The notes under the pieces were generated by a model that saw only the letters and a program-made list of their open reading frames with translations, did no database searches and was not told where the DNA came from. From contig CAVOHZ010000010.1 in NCBI GenBank assembly GCA_963695855.1, positions 704,001 through 768,000 on the forward strand: 64,000 nt of DNA, written 5' to 3'. The first letter of the stretch is position 1; each line of letters starts with the position of its first letter. A program made the position numbers and the translations under genes. Positions 43,204-52,888 of this stretch are shown here, piece by piece. The DNA comes from an uncultured Nitrososphaerales archaeon (lineage in GTDB: Archaea; Thermoproteota; Nitrososphaeria; Nitrososphaerales; Nitrososphaeraceae).

Positions 43204-43836
43204 TCAAAATGGATTATTTGTATTTGTTCGAAATCTCCATGTGATGGGTGGTCCATATGGACAAGGACCAGGATTTGGTATTCTCTCAATTATACATCGA
43301 TCATTAATATTTTGAAAATTATTTTTAGTCTGCTGTGATTTTTCTACTATATCTTTAAGATTAGAGTAACTAGAACGCAAATTATTTATGGAATTGGCAG
43401 TCTCCAAGATTTCAGAAATATTTTTGTATGGGATATTGTTTTCTTTTAAGAATCGATTTATCTTCAGCAAATAGTTTAATCGAGGTTTATTGTCCTCATA
43501 AATATAGAAAAATTCTGCGTTACTTGATAAAAATAAATATTCTCTCCATAATCGGTCAATTTTAGGGAAATTTAAATCCAAAATAATGGCTACATCGAGA
43601 GCAGATTTGCCTTCTTTAAATAATTTAAAAGCCTGACTACCTTGTGATAACGTTCTTTTTTTATTCTTATCTTTACCTGATTTTAAGGTTGATTTTTCAT
43701 ATTTTTTTATTATAGGTTTTGTATCCCTTATCGATACGTGAGCGATATGGGCTATTTCACTATATGTCCTTCTTTCCTCATGTAACCTTATTACTAAATC
43801 ACGTTTTTCAAATTTATTTAATAATGAAACTTCCAT
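43204..43836 (-). CDS. Hypothetical HTH-containing protein
   Basis: RTYSEIAHIAHVS and AFKLFKEGKSALDVAI HTH-like segments; 210 aa. Confidence 0.65.
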   Translation of the reverse strand: MEVSLLNKFEKRDLVIRLHEERRTYSEIAHIAHVSIRDTKPIIKKYEKSTLKSGKDKNKKRTLSQGSQAFKLFKEGKSALDVAIILDLNFPKIDRLWREYLFLSSNAEFFYIYEDNKPRLNYLLKINRFLKENNIPYKNISEILETANSINNLRSSYSNLKDIVEKSQQTKNNFQNINDRCIIERIPNPGPCPYGPPITWRFRTNTNNPF

Positions 43837-44084
43837 TCTGGGATACTGTTAAAAAAGGGGTTAATAAACAGTTTGGTATTGTATTTTCATTTATTTATCT
43901 TTTATTACCAATTGATACCTACTGATATCATCTATTTTTTCTCATGCTCATTAAAATTTAGAAAAATCATCAACTACATTACTATTTTTTTTTTCCTTTT
44001 TTCTTATCGAAAAAGAATTAACTAATCTATTGCTATTCTAGCATGTTAATTATAAATTTAGGTGATCGATAATGAAATTTGGAA

Positions 44085-44126
44085 GGTTGGAACCACAATG
44101 CGATGCTCGAAGGTTCCCTTGACACC
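44085..44126 (+). repeat. Internal att-like junction, copy of 53176-53220
   Basis: TTGGAACCACAATGCGATGCTCGAAGGTT (44087) versus TTGGAACCCTAATGCGATGCTCTAAGGTT (53179): 26/29, followed by the degenerate core cccttgacacc. Confidence 0.8.
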
Positions 44127-44343
44127 CCTAAATATTATTTTTATATTTTTTTAAAACAATATCATTTTTTATATAATCTTTATAGAGGGTTGTCCACCCT
44201 GTCCACCCTGTCCATTTTTCTATTTTTTCCTGGTAAAATATGGTTGGAGCACCCATAACCGGACAAAAATGTTAAGTATTTTGGTTAGTTATGATATCAT
44301 TATAGCAGTAAATATGATTATTTATGAGGTGAATAGCAAGTAA

Positions 44344-44797
44344 ATGGGTAATTTAACAGATAAAGAGAACCAGATTTTAAAACCTTTAGTAGCCGATTGT
44401 GTTAACTACCGCTTCAATGAGAAGGAAGCATTAGCGTATATTAGAGCAACATTAGGCCGAGAAATATCATCAGATGTCTATTATAATCGAAAAAAGACAG
44501 TAGATAGTGGAGAATATGCAAAAGAATGGCTATCATATTATAGCCGTGTTGGCTTTCTGGTAAAACATAAATAGATTATCGAAGTCTGTGAGATGGTTCA
44601 GAAAGACATGATTAGGAGACTATTTAATAGAACAAAACAAACCCGCAGAAAGGAGGAATCCAGAATTAATAATGAAATTGAGATATGAGATTGGGGAGAA
44701 CGTCAAACTACTGCAAGAATTATCTTTAGGTACTCCAATAATCGCACAGATAAAAGCAAGGATAGATTATGCTGAAGTGCTTCAATCAGGCCAGTAA
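44344..44797 (+). pseudogene. Putative terminase small subunit-like gene (internal TAG and frameshift)
   Basis: Helical ~150-codon gene directly upstream of terL; identity inferred from position only. Confidence 0.4.
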
Positions 44798-46300
44798 CCT
44801 GCTATCTTTGGCTAGCAGGCTAGGCGGTAACGACGACGATAACTATTCAAATCTTTTACAGATATCCAAAGACAAACCATTCTATTTTGAACTCCAACAA
44901 CATAACCATAAAGACGACTGTTTCAACTGTCTAATTGGATGCCCACTAAAGAACAATAAGGAATATCCTCTTTTTGAGTATGAAAAAAATATTATTGATT
45001 CATAAGAGGGAAATCAACACGTATTCATTAAGAAGGCTAGGGGTATCGGAGTAACCGAGTTAATTTTACGTTATCTAGCGTGGTCCTGTTTATCATCTGA
45101 CAGGTTGGAAGGTAAGTCTATATTTCTTGTATCAGGTACTCTTGAAGACTTTTCAAATAATATTAAAATTAGATTAGAGACGTTGTCTGAACGCAATTTT
45201 CCTAATGTTAAGTTTGAATCAAAATATACTGAACTGACAATAGGCAAGACATGGATCAAGGTATTTCCTACAAAGAGGATACGGGATTTAAGAGGCTATA
45301 CTGACGTTTCCTATCTTTTCATAGACGATGCCGATTATTTTGATCCTGCAGAACAATTTGAACTAGAATATGTTATCAAGGCATACGAGAAAAAAATAAA
45401 TGTAAGATAATCCTGGCAAGTACACCTAACAAACCATTAGGATTATTTGATCGCATAGAGAGAAACGAAATATTCAAAGACTTCTTTCATAAAATATTCC
45501 TCCATTATACTGTAGGCCTTAACAAGATATACGATTCTGCTTTCATTGAACGAGAAAAGAATGAGGCATACTTTGAACGTGAATACTTTCTCAAATACCA
45601 GGGTCGCATTGGCAATATCTTCAGTCTGCAGGACATAGATACAGCGGTCCAGTTAGGTGTCCAATACAGCGAGTTGCCTATCAATCATGGGTGTCTGCAT
45701 CCTGCAGGTATTGATCCAGGCTTTAGTTCCTCGGTTACAGCAATAACAGTTTGTGAGATAGACGTAGAGAACCAGATCGTTAGAGTCATACTATCTGAAG
45801 AGCATGACAAGGCCAGACCTTCAGCAATAGCAGACAGGGTATTTCAAATACATACAGAAATACCGCATTGCCTGTTTTTCGTAAGTTCTGCCAACCGTGG
45901 TTTCACAAATGTACTAAAATCCAGGTTCGGAGAATCCTTAACATGGGAAAGATCGGAGGAGGTATCTATTGACGACAATTATGTTATACCGGTTCCATTT
46001 CAAAAAGATCACAAATCAATGTTAGAATGGACTTACAATCTTTTATCAAAAAAGAGGATAGCAATCGATCCCAAGTACCAGAAACTTATCCTATCCCTAA
46101 AATCTGCCTACGGTACAGAGTTCGATCTAGATAAGAATATTACAATATACTCAGATTACTTGGACTGGTTACGCTTAAGTCTAAGAGGCGTAAAACTAAA
46201 ACAGATAGATATGCCTGGAATCCATAAATGCCGAGACTATTTTGTATCTACTTCTGATAACAATTATTATTACTCAGATAGCGAAGACTTTCTCTCATAG
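44769..46300 (+). pseudogene. Terminase large subunit (ATPase + RNase H-like nuclease), disrupted
   Basis: Read through TAA 45003-45005 and an A-run frameshift near 45390: KKARGIGVTE (Walker A-like), LFIDDA (Walker B), IILASTP (motif C), FEREY, GIDPG (nuclease). Confidence 0.8.
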
Positions 46301-46541
46301 TTACTGCCCTAATTGTGAATCTTATGGACATTATAATCTACTAAAGGAACGTATCTATCAGGATTCAGAACTTATTAACGGTGATAAACCCCATGATTCT
46401 GAGAACCGGTTACAGTGCTATCGCTGTGGCCTAATAGTGGTAACGGTCCACGCTAAACAGGACTCAAAAATTACTAGAATAAAGGACGTACCAGAATCAA
46501 TCTATGATACTAAAAAGTTAACAATATTACCGTTTAACTAA
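46242..46541 (+). CDS. Zn-finger hypothetical protein (probably truncated)
   Basis: CPNC and CYRC motifs; start uncertain. Confidence 0.5.
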   Translation: MYLLLITIIITQIAKTFSHSYCPNCESYGHYNLLKERIYQDSELINGDKPHDSENRLQCYRCGLIVVTVHAKQDSKITRIKDVPESIYDTKKLTILPFN

Positions 46542-47034
46542 TGGAGTCAGAATCAAAGAAAGTATAGACAATTAATAAAATCCAGGACAATTAGGAAGAA
46601 TCCGGAAGAAGACGATCCAGATATACAGAGATCTAGAGAAAGGATCAAGATTGATAAGTTACGAATCAACAAACGAAGAAGGATAACCTACAACAAGAAA
46701 CATAACGATACCAATTTTTTGTATAATAATAACCGTTGGAGAGAGGGAAGGAAGGATTACAACAAAGACTACAAATATTCAGATATCTGTCAATCATTAT
46801 GGAGCGAATGACCAACCAGATATTCATTCATTATTTGTTTCTTTCTCTCTCCAACACCACTGTATGAGCCCACGCACTCTAGATAGTGGTAAAACATGTA
46901 CTACGATGATATTAGATTATCGGATGTAGGTCTGATATTCTTTTCATCAACCGAACTAGTTTTCTCACTACAGAGATTGCCAGTGGTATTAATAATATTA
47001 AGTTCTGACTACTTAAATTTTCAATAACAAGAAT

Positions 47035-47235
47035 TCATTTATTTTGTGCTAATTTTTTTCTCTTTTTCAGATAATCATCCAGCGCTTCAGTAACTAACTC
47101 TGTCAAGGTTTTCCTATCATCTATTGCTAAATGTTTCAATTCCCTTAACATCTCATCAGGTAATCTAATCGTGGTCTTACTGATCCCCTCCTCATCCTTT
47201 TCTTCCTTCATTATTAGTTGTTGACTTGTTGCCAT
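47035..47235 (-). CDS. Ribbon-helix-helix (CopG-like) DNA-binding protein
   Basis: KTTIRLPDEMLRELKHLAIDDRKTLTELVTEALDDYL. Confidence 0.85.
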   Translation of the reverse strand: MATSQQLIMKEEKDEEGISKTTIRLPDEMLRELKHLAIDDRKTLTELVTEALDDYLKKRKKLAQNK

Positions 47236-47344
47236 ATAATTTAATATTCATTTCCATGTTTATAATGATTGCCGTTTTGCTGTCAAAACAGATATACATA
47301 TATATTTAAATATTCTCAGGACTAAGAATTAGTAAGAAGTTATT

Positions 47345-48022
47345 ATGGCTAGAAGAGTAGCAGTACTGGTAGAACAGAAGAAGAAAAAAGTACCCGATAT
47401 TTTGAAGGGTTGGAATAACAGAACAGAAGAAAGTTATAGGAAGAATGGTCTTGACGTTCCAGAGCACCTAGATTATCAAAACAAGCATTTTTTGATGTTG
47501 GTTGATGCAGAAAAGTATCCAGTAGAGAAAGAAATAACGAAGATAGTACGGATTAGAGCAATTGACTATAATTCTAAGAGAAAGGAGATGAAAGAATTCC
47601 TTTACGGGTTCGAGAATTGGTATGGGAAGGACTGGCAAGGCCGTAAAGTAGCACCGGTGGCAGATCATGTAGAAGACAGGTACTGGGAGCAGGAGTTAGA
47701 GCCCGTAATAGAGAGAGACCAGATAATAGGATACGATAGAACAGGACAGCATGAAGTCTACTACGTACCATTCAGCAAGAAAGCGGTTGATGACATCATA
47801 GCAAAATCAACCTATGACAACAAGGAACAGATCAAATTACTGGTGAAAACACCTACAATAAAAAATGGTCAGTTCTCTTATGATCAGTTTGTTAACACAC
47901 CATGGGATGAATGTATTACCATGATAATGTATAATGGTGAGCCTTCAAGATATGAGTACCATAAGAAGCAACAGGAGAAGAAAGACGCTGAGCTCGAGAA
48001 ACAGAACAAACAGTACTCTTAA
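47345..48022 (+). CDS. Hypothetical protein (225 aa)
   Basis: Intact ORF divergent from the RHH gene; no motif recognised. Confidence 0.7.
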   Translation: MARRVAVLVEQKKKKVPDILKGWNNRTEESYRKNGLDVPEHLDYQNKHFLMLVDAEKYPVEKEITKIVRIRAIDYNSKRKEMKEFLYGFENWYGKDWQGRKVAPVADHVEDRYWEQELEPVIERDQIIGYDRTGQHEVYYVPFSKKAVDDIIAKSTYDNKEQIKLLVKTPTIKNGQFSYDQFVNTPWDECITMIMYNGEPSRYEYHKKQQEKKDAELEKQNKQYS

Positions 48023-48470
48023 TAATTCTTATTTTATGTTTTGCACGTTGTTATTTCAGTTTGTAACTAAATAAAAAAATGAAAGGATTAGTAATTAGTA
48101 ATTATTTTTACTATAGTTATGGCAACACTACTAATTTTGCGACACTGGTGAAAAATCGGGTAAAAACAGACTGCCTGCTGAATTCGGGTCATGGCGTGTT
48201 GAATTATGGTGATGCTACAATCTTGCGAGTAGATAAACCAAGAATGACAATTTCATCAAAGATTATAAGCAAACTTTTTCATATTATAAAATATAACCAT
48301 GATTGACGAAAGACGCTTGGCAATCAGAAAAAAATCGATATTTCAGCCACTCAGTCAGCGGGAGGCAGCCATTAACATCATCCGCGTTCCGCTTCTCGTC
48401 ATCCTCGTCGTCTTGGCGCAGCACGCGAGCATCATCATGTCATCGGGAAGTAGTTCTGACGGAGGGCAGC

Positions 48471-49115
48471 ATGGCACAATTTGACTGGTACATCGAAGGA
48501 GCCGAGTTCAGCAATTGCAACTGCGACTACGCCTGTCCTTGTCAGTTCGAGTCACCTCGCCCCACGCACGGACACTGTCGCGGCTTCGCGGCCATTCGCA
48601 TCGATAAGGGCCACTTTGGAGACGTGGCGCTCGATGGCCTCGGCGCAGCCCTCCTCTACGCCTGGCCGGGACCGATCTACGAGGGTAACGGTGAGTGTCA
48701 GGCCGTCATCGATGAGCGGGCGGACGGCAAGCAACGAGACGCTCTTACTACCGTGCTGTACGGTGGCGAGACCAAAGAGGGGGCGACCCATTGGTGGGTC
48801 TATCGGATGATGTCAAGCACCGTCCATCCCCCGCTTTTCAAACACATCGATTTTGACGTGAATATCGAGCGCCGAAAAGCACGCATCGTGATCCCCGACA
48901 TGCTCGAGTCCACCGCCCGTCCGATCCGAAGCCCTGCGACGGGCGCTGAACATCGCGTCCGCATAAACCTCCCGAATGGGATCGAGTTCGACCTCGCCGA
49001 GATAGGCAGTGGTACCACCAAGACGATGGCCTCAATCGCCCTCGACCTCAAGGACACCTACTGTCATTTTACTGTTCTGCGCCAGTCTGGCAAGGGGGTG
49101 GTCCGCTCACGATAG
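48471..49115 (+). CDS. DUF1326-family Cys-rich metal-binding protein of bacterial type, high GC
   Basis: MAQFDWYIEG..NCNCDYACPC...G.C; GGAGG Shine-Dalgarno upstream of ATG 48471; roughly 60% GC by eye (sampled 60-nt lines 50-67%). Confidence 0.85.
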   Translation: MAQFDWYIEGAEFSNCNCDYACPCQFESPRPTHGHCRGFAAIRIDKGHFGDVALDGLGAALLYAWPGPIYEGNGECQAVIDERADGKQRDALTTVLYGGETKEGATHWWVYRMMSSTVHPPLFKHIDFDVNIERRKARIVIPDMLESTARPIRSPATGAEHRVRINLPNGIEFDLAEIGSGTTKTMASIALDLKDTYCHFTVLRQSGKGVVRSR

Positions 49116-49618
49116 AATCCGACCGCTGAAGACCAGTGTGATCTTGAAGGGCAGTTAGATGATGGCGGAACTCTATTAAAGACGAATGTAAATCCTGACA
49201 TGGAATATCGTATATGTTTTGAATATGAAGATGGACATGGAAATGACTGTAGTAATCTAACATTAGCAGCAGGGGAAAATAAACTATGTACGGTTAAAAA
49301 CTATATTACCATTGGAACGGTGGTGGGCTAACTCTACATTTTTTTTATTTATTTTTTATTATTACTAAAACACTTGTAATTATTTATTCGTGAAAGTTAT
49401 CCATCAGATGGGCGTGAAGATTCTCCATAAGTTGTGTTACATACTTCTTTTTTTCTTTCTGCATTAAGTTTGGTGCCGCAAAAATACAGTATAGAGATTC
49501 TGGTGGTAACTGTAACGAAATTAATTCAAGTATTTAATAGTATGCAATACGTACGTAACAATGTTCCGTATTATACAACTTTAATAAAATGAAATTGGGA
49601 AGAGTGTTCCGAAACTTA

Positions 49619-50507
49619 GAGCCTATCCCAAAAATAGATAGGAATATAGCTCTTTAGTTTTATATCATACATGGTAATGTTGATTAAGAGTAAAAAGTCT
49701 GTTAGAACAATTACACGTATTCCTGACGATTTATGGAATGCGATTAAAAATATTTTACTAGAATAGAAACCAAGTAACACTATAGGAAGGCCAATTGTTC
49801 CATACAGAAAAGTCCTTGATGGAATAATGTTATCCTCAGAACTGGCTGTCAATGGAAAATGTTATCTAAAGAGTATGTTCTGGTTCAACATCTCATAGAA
49901 GATTTCAAGAATGGAGGCAATCAGGTATTTTTGATAGGGTCTGGACAAGATCGCTACAAAAATATGATACCAGGAAAGGAATCAGATGGAACTAGCAATC
50001 ACTTGATAGTATATCTGTAAAATCGCCTTTAGGGGAGTGATGACTGGACATAATCCAACTGATAGAGGCAAATTAGGAAGCAAAAGACATATTCTAACAG
50101 ATAATGATGGCATTCCTTTGTCTGCACTTATAATATCTGCAAATACTCATGATGCCACTGTTGCAACAAATACAATTGATAATATTGTAATCAGAAGACC
50201 ATCATACAAATCGGATGAGATAAAGAAACAGAATCTATGTCTTGATAAAGCATATCATTCCAAAGAAGTAGAGCAAGAAATTACCAAGAGAGGATACATT
50301 CCTCACATACGATTTAGAAGAGAAAAAAAGAAACACAACAATAAACAGCCAACAAGGAGATGGGTGGTAGAGAGAACAAATTCATGGCACAACAATAGAT
50401 TTAGGAAATTATTTACACGATATGAAAAGAAAGATGAGAACTATCTTGGTCTTGTACAACTAGCCAATAGCCTTATTGTATATAGAGGTTAATTTTGGGA
50501 TAGGCTC
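49619..50507 (+). mobile_element. IS5-family (IS1031-like) element with a disrupted transposase
   Basis: Perfect 15-bp TIRs GAGCCTATCCCAAAA/TTTTGGGATAGGCTC, TTA target duplication; C-terminal ORF 50037-50492 with DRGKLGSKRH, LDKAY and RWVVERTNSW; N-terminal part has stops. Confidence 0.92.
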
Positions 50508-50515
50508 TTAGTTAA

Positions 50516-50731
50516 TCACTCGTAATTATGAGTTGGGCCATCATTCTGTTCGTAGAACTTTACCAGATTAACTAACATTTCGTCATAGGTAGGATTGGAA
50601 TAATATTTAATTGCATGTTCCTTCAATACCCGAAAAGTCTGTTCTGTTATCTGCATGGTCCTGCAGTGCGAAGGAGGATTAACTTGATTCATTTTGGTAT
50701 ATCTACCAACAAGTCTATTATTCCTAGCCAT
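50516..50731 (-). CDS. Small putative DNA-binding protein
   Basis: RTMQITEQTFRVLK...TYDEMLVNLV pattern (RHH-like). Confidence 0.55.
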   Translation of the reverse strand: MARNNRLVGRYTKMNQVNPPSHCRTMQITEQTFRVLKEHAIKYYSNPTYDEMLVNLVKFYEQNDGPTHNYE

Positions 50732-50797
50732 AACGCGATAATAATTAGTTACACGATAGGATATTAAAAATATTTTTAGTTACTTTTTTTTCTAGTG

Positions 50798-50980
50798 TTA
50801 ACACCCTGGAGATACAAGGAAGCTATACCGTGTACATAGTTCACTAAGATTATTTGTAATATCATGAACTACATAATCATATACTGCTATTATTGCTAAT
50901 GCAGATACAAACAGTATAACCAATGCAATTATAATTGTTGTACCATAACTTTTGATTTTATTTTTTTGTTCCGAATACAT
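50798..50980 (-). CDS. Small single-pass membrane protein
   Basis: Hydrophobic stretch TIIIALVILFVSALAIIAVY. Confidence 0.5.
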   Translation of the reverse strand: MYSEQKNKIKSYGTTIIIALVILFVSALAIIAVYDYVVHDITNNLSELCTRYSFLVSPGC

Positions 50981-51063
50981 TTATAGAATATTTACCATAT
51001 AATTCTTCTATTTAAGAATTATAGTACATTCTACAAAACGGTAAAGTTAAAAATTACATACAA

Positions 51064-51506
51064 TTATGCTGTGAAAGTAGAAGGTGTTTTTTTGACAAAC
51101 TCAAATCTTCTTTTTACTTCCACCCTACTGTCTTGAGGTACTTCGTAGTAAACCAACAAATCAAGTAATCCGGTTGTCGAATCTCTATCCCTCTGAGAAC
51201 CGTGTACCTTTCCATTAAGTTCTATTACAATGTCAGATAGAACTTCATATTGTTTCTGCACTTATGTTATTGAACCAGAAAGCAACTCTAAGGAATTAGA
51301 CATTTTCTTCTTTGGATTCCGGGTTTTTTACTACAATAAGTTGAATTAGTGCTATTACTAGTTAGTTTATTTGCGACTCTGTTCGGACAAACATGCTTCT
51401 TTTGTGAAAGAACTTCTCAGTATTCATTAACTGCAGTATTCCAATAGATACGGGTATTGCAACCATATTCACAGGTTTTAGGATAAATATTGCTTTGAGA
51501 ACTCAT
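51064..51506 (-). pseudogene. Hypothetical protein pseudogene
   Basis: MSSQSNIYPKTCEYGCNTRIYWN... continues through stops/frameshift into ORF 51064-51261. Confidence 0.55.
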
Positions 51507-51512
51507 TTCTGC

Positions 51513-51818
51513 TTAGTGTCTTTCATAAGAATCCAGGAGTCTGCTTATCTCTTCGTCATACGATTCACCATGTTGGCGATTCTTTTTTAATCTGCTATCT
51601 GTTTTTCTGGTTATATACATAGTAACCTTCTCGTCTTTTTCGTCTTTTTCAACATAAAACTCACCACCATGTACGTCTAGATGATGATCGTAACAAAGTG
51701 GAATCCTTATCCACTGTATTCCAAGGGGTCCCATATCTACAACGTCGCCCAGGAGCATATAACCGGCTACAGGATTTTCACATTGAAGAATAGAACATAA
51801 TATTGTTGGTGGATTCAT
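51513..51818 (-). CDS. Hypothetical Cys/His protein with RHH-like C terminus
   Basis: CSILQC and LCYDHH motifs; GESYDEEISRLLD. Confidence 0.55.
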   Translation of the reverse strand: MNPPTILCSILQCENPVAGYMLLGDVVDMGPLGIQWIRIPLCYDHHLDVHGGEFYVEKDEKDEKVTMYITRKTDSRLKKNRQHGESYDEEISRLLDSYERH

Positions 51819-51997
51819 TTCTTATGTTTCCCTTCATACTTCTGCAGAATATACTGCATACCTTCCAGAAGCAAAGCATTCAAAGTGATATCATTATCAA
51901 GTGCAATCTGCTTCAGGCGTTTTATATCAGGTGCATCACATCGAAATACCAATTTCTTTGAGTTTGCATCTATCAATAATTCAAGATTCTGTTTCAT
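51815..51997 (-). CDS. Ribbon-helix-helix DNA-binding protein
   Basis: KLVFRCDAPDIKRLKQIALDNDITLNALLLEGMQYIL. Confidence 0.75.
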   Translation of the reverse strand: MKQNLELLIDANSKKLVFRCDAPDIKRLKQIALDNDITLNALLLEGMQYILQKYEGKHKK

Positions 51998-52062
51998 GTA
52001 TTTATATTTCTTGCATGTTGTATTTATAACTTGTTATAATGCTATACTGCTACACTATACCA

Positions 52063-52533
52063 ATGAAACAAACAATTTCTAAACAATTAGCGAAGGAAGA
52101 AAAGAACAACAAGAAGGATAGAAGGGAGGGCAATGGTCGTGTCCTGGCCCTCTCTAGATATGTCTACCGCCTCCAAGCAAAAGACACGTATTATGTCGAA
52201 TCTGAGACGGCGGATAGTAGATATTATTTCGTACGCTTCAACTATTCCTTTACCGGATGATTCTGCAGTTGCAAAGATTACGAATCGAATCGTTCAGAAA
52301 AGTGTAAACACCAATACGCTGTGGAATATGAGATAAGATTCAATACCATTAAGGAAGTTGAACATTTACCGGAAGAAGTAAGCAACGCTAAGAAGACTGC
52401 AGAAAGAAATTACGAAAAGGAATCTATTAGAACATGGAACGAATTAGAGAAAGCAGAAGCAGAAGATACGACAGAGGCCATAGACTACAGGGGCCAGTGC
52501 CTAACCCACCAAGACGACGACTATTCATTCTAA
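52063..52533 (+). pseudogene. SWIM zinc-finger protein with an in-frame TGA (52258-52260)
   Basis: Read-through gives YYVESE...YFV...G*FCSCKDYESNRSEKCKHQYAV (CxC...CxH SWIM motif); both ORF pieces are in the same frame. Confidence 0.75.
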
Positions 52534-52563
52534 CCAACCTTTTATTTATTTGTAAAATCGGAA

Positions 52564-52809
52564 ATGGGCCGGAGACGTAAATTCCGTTGGGTTCCGTTGA
52601 CGTCTATATCCGTCTCAGTGGAAATCCTTGATTTAATACAGATACTTAAAGTCAGAAATGAGACATACGATCACCTTCTACGCGTAACGCTGGCAGAATG
52701 GCAGGACCTGCAGGAGTACCGTCTAGACATGGACCAGGTGATAAGATTGAAAGATACTCAGATCGCAACGCTGGAAAATGAATTGAAGGAAAAAATACCT
52801 AACTTTTAA
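52564..52809 (+). CDS. Small putative DNA-binding/coiled-coil protein
   Basis: TSISVSVEILDLI...NETYDHLLR pattern plus a coiled-coil tail. Confidence 0.55.
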   Translation: MGRRRKFRWVPLTSISVSVEILDLIQILKVRNETYDHLLRVTLAEWQDLQEYRLDMDQVIRLKDTQIATLENELKEKIPNF

Positions 52810-52888
52810 TGCAATTTCTTCATTTATTTATTTATAAATTTATAAATTTATTACTCTAGCGATATCTAGAAGTCATCTGGCTATCTTC

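Noticed and set aside
48303-48470. N-terminal extension of the 270-aa ORF, and overlapping ORFs at 48481-49057
   Set aside because: The Shine-Dalgarno and family-like N terminus point to ATG 48471; the other ORFs are expected shadow frames of high-GC DNA.
44572-52260. Programmed stop-codon readthrough (Sec/Pyl or alternative code) in island genes
   Set aside because: TAA, TAG, TGA and frameshifts all occur, which fits pseudogene decay better than recoding.
52831-52846. Palindrome TTTATAAATTTATAAA
   Set aside because: Pure A/T palindromes are expected at this base composition; may simply be a terminator or TATA-like tract.
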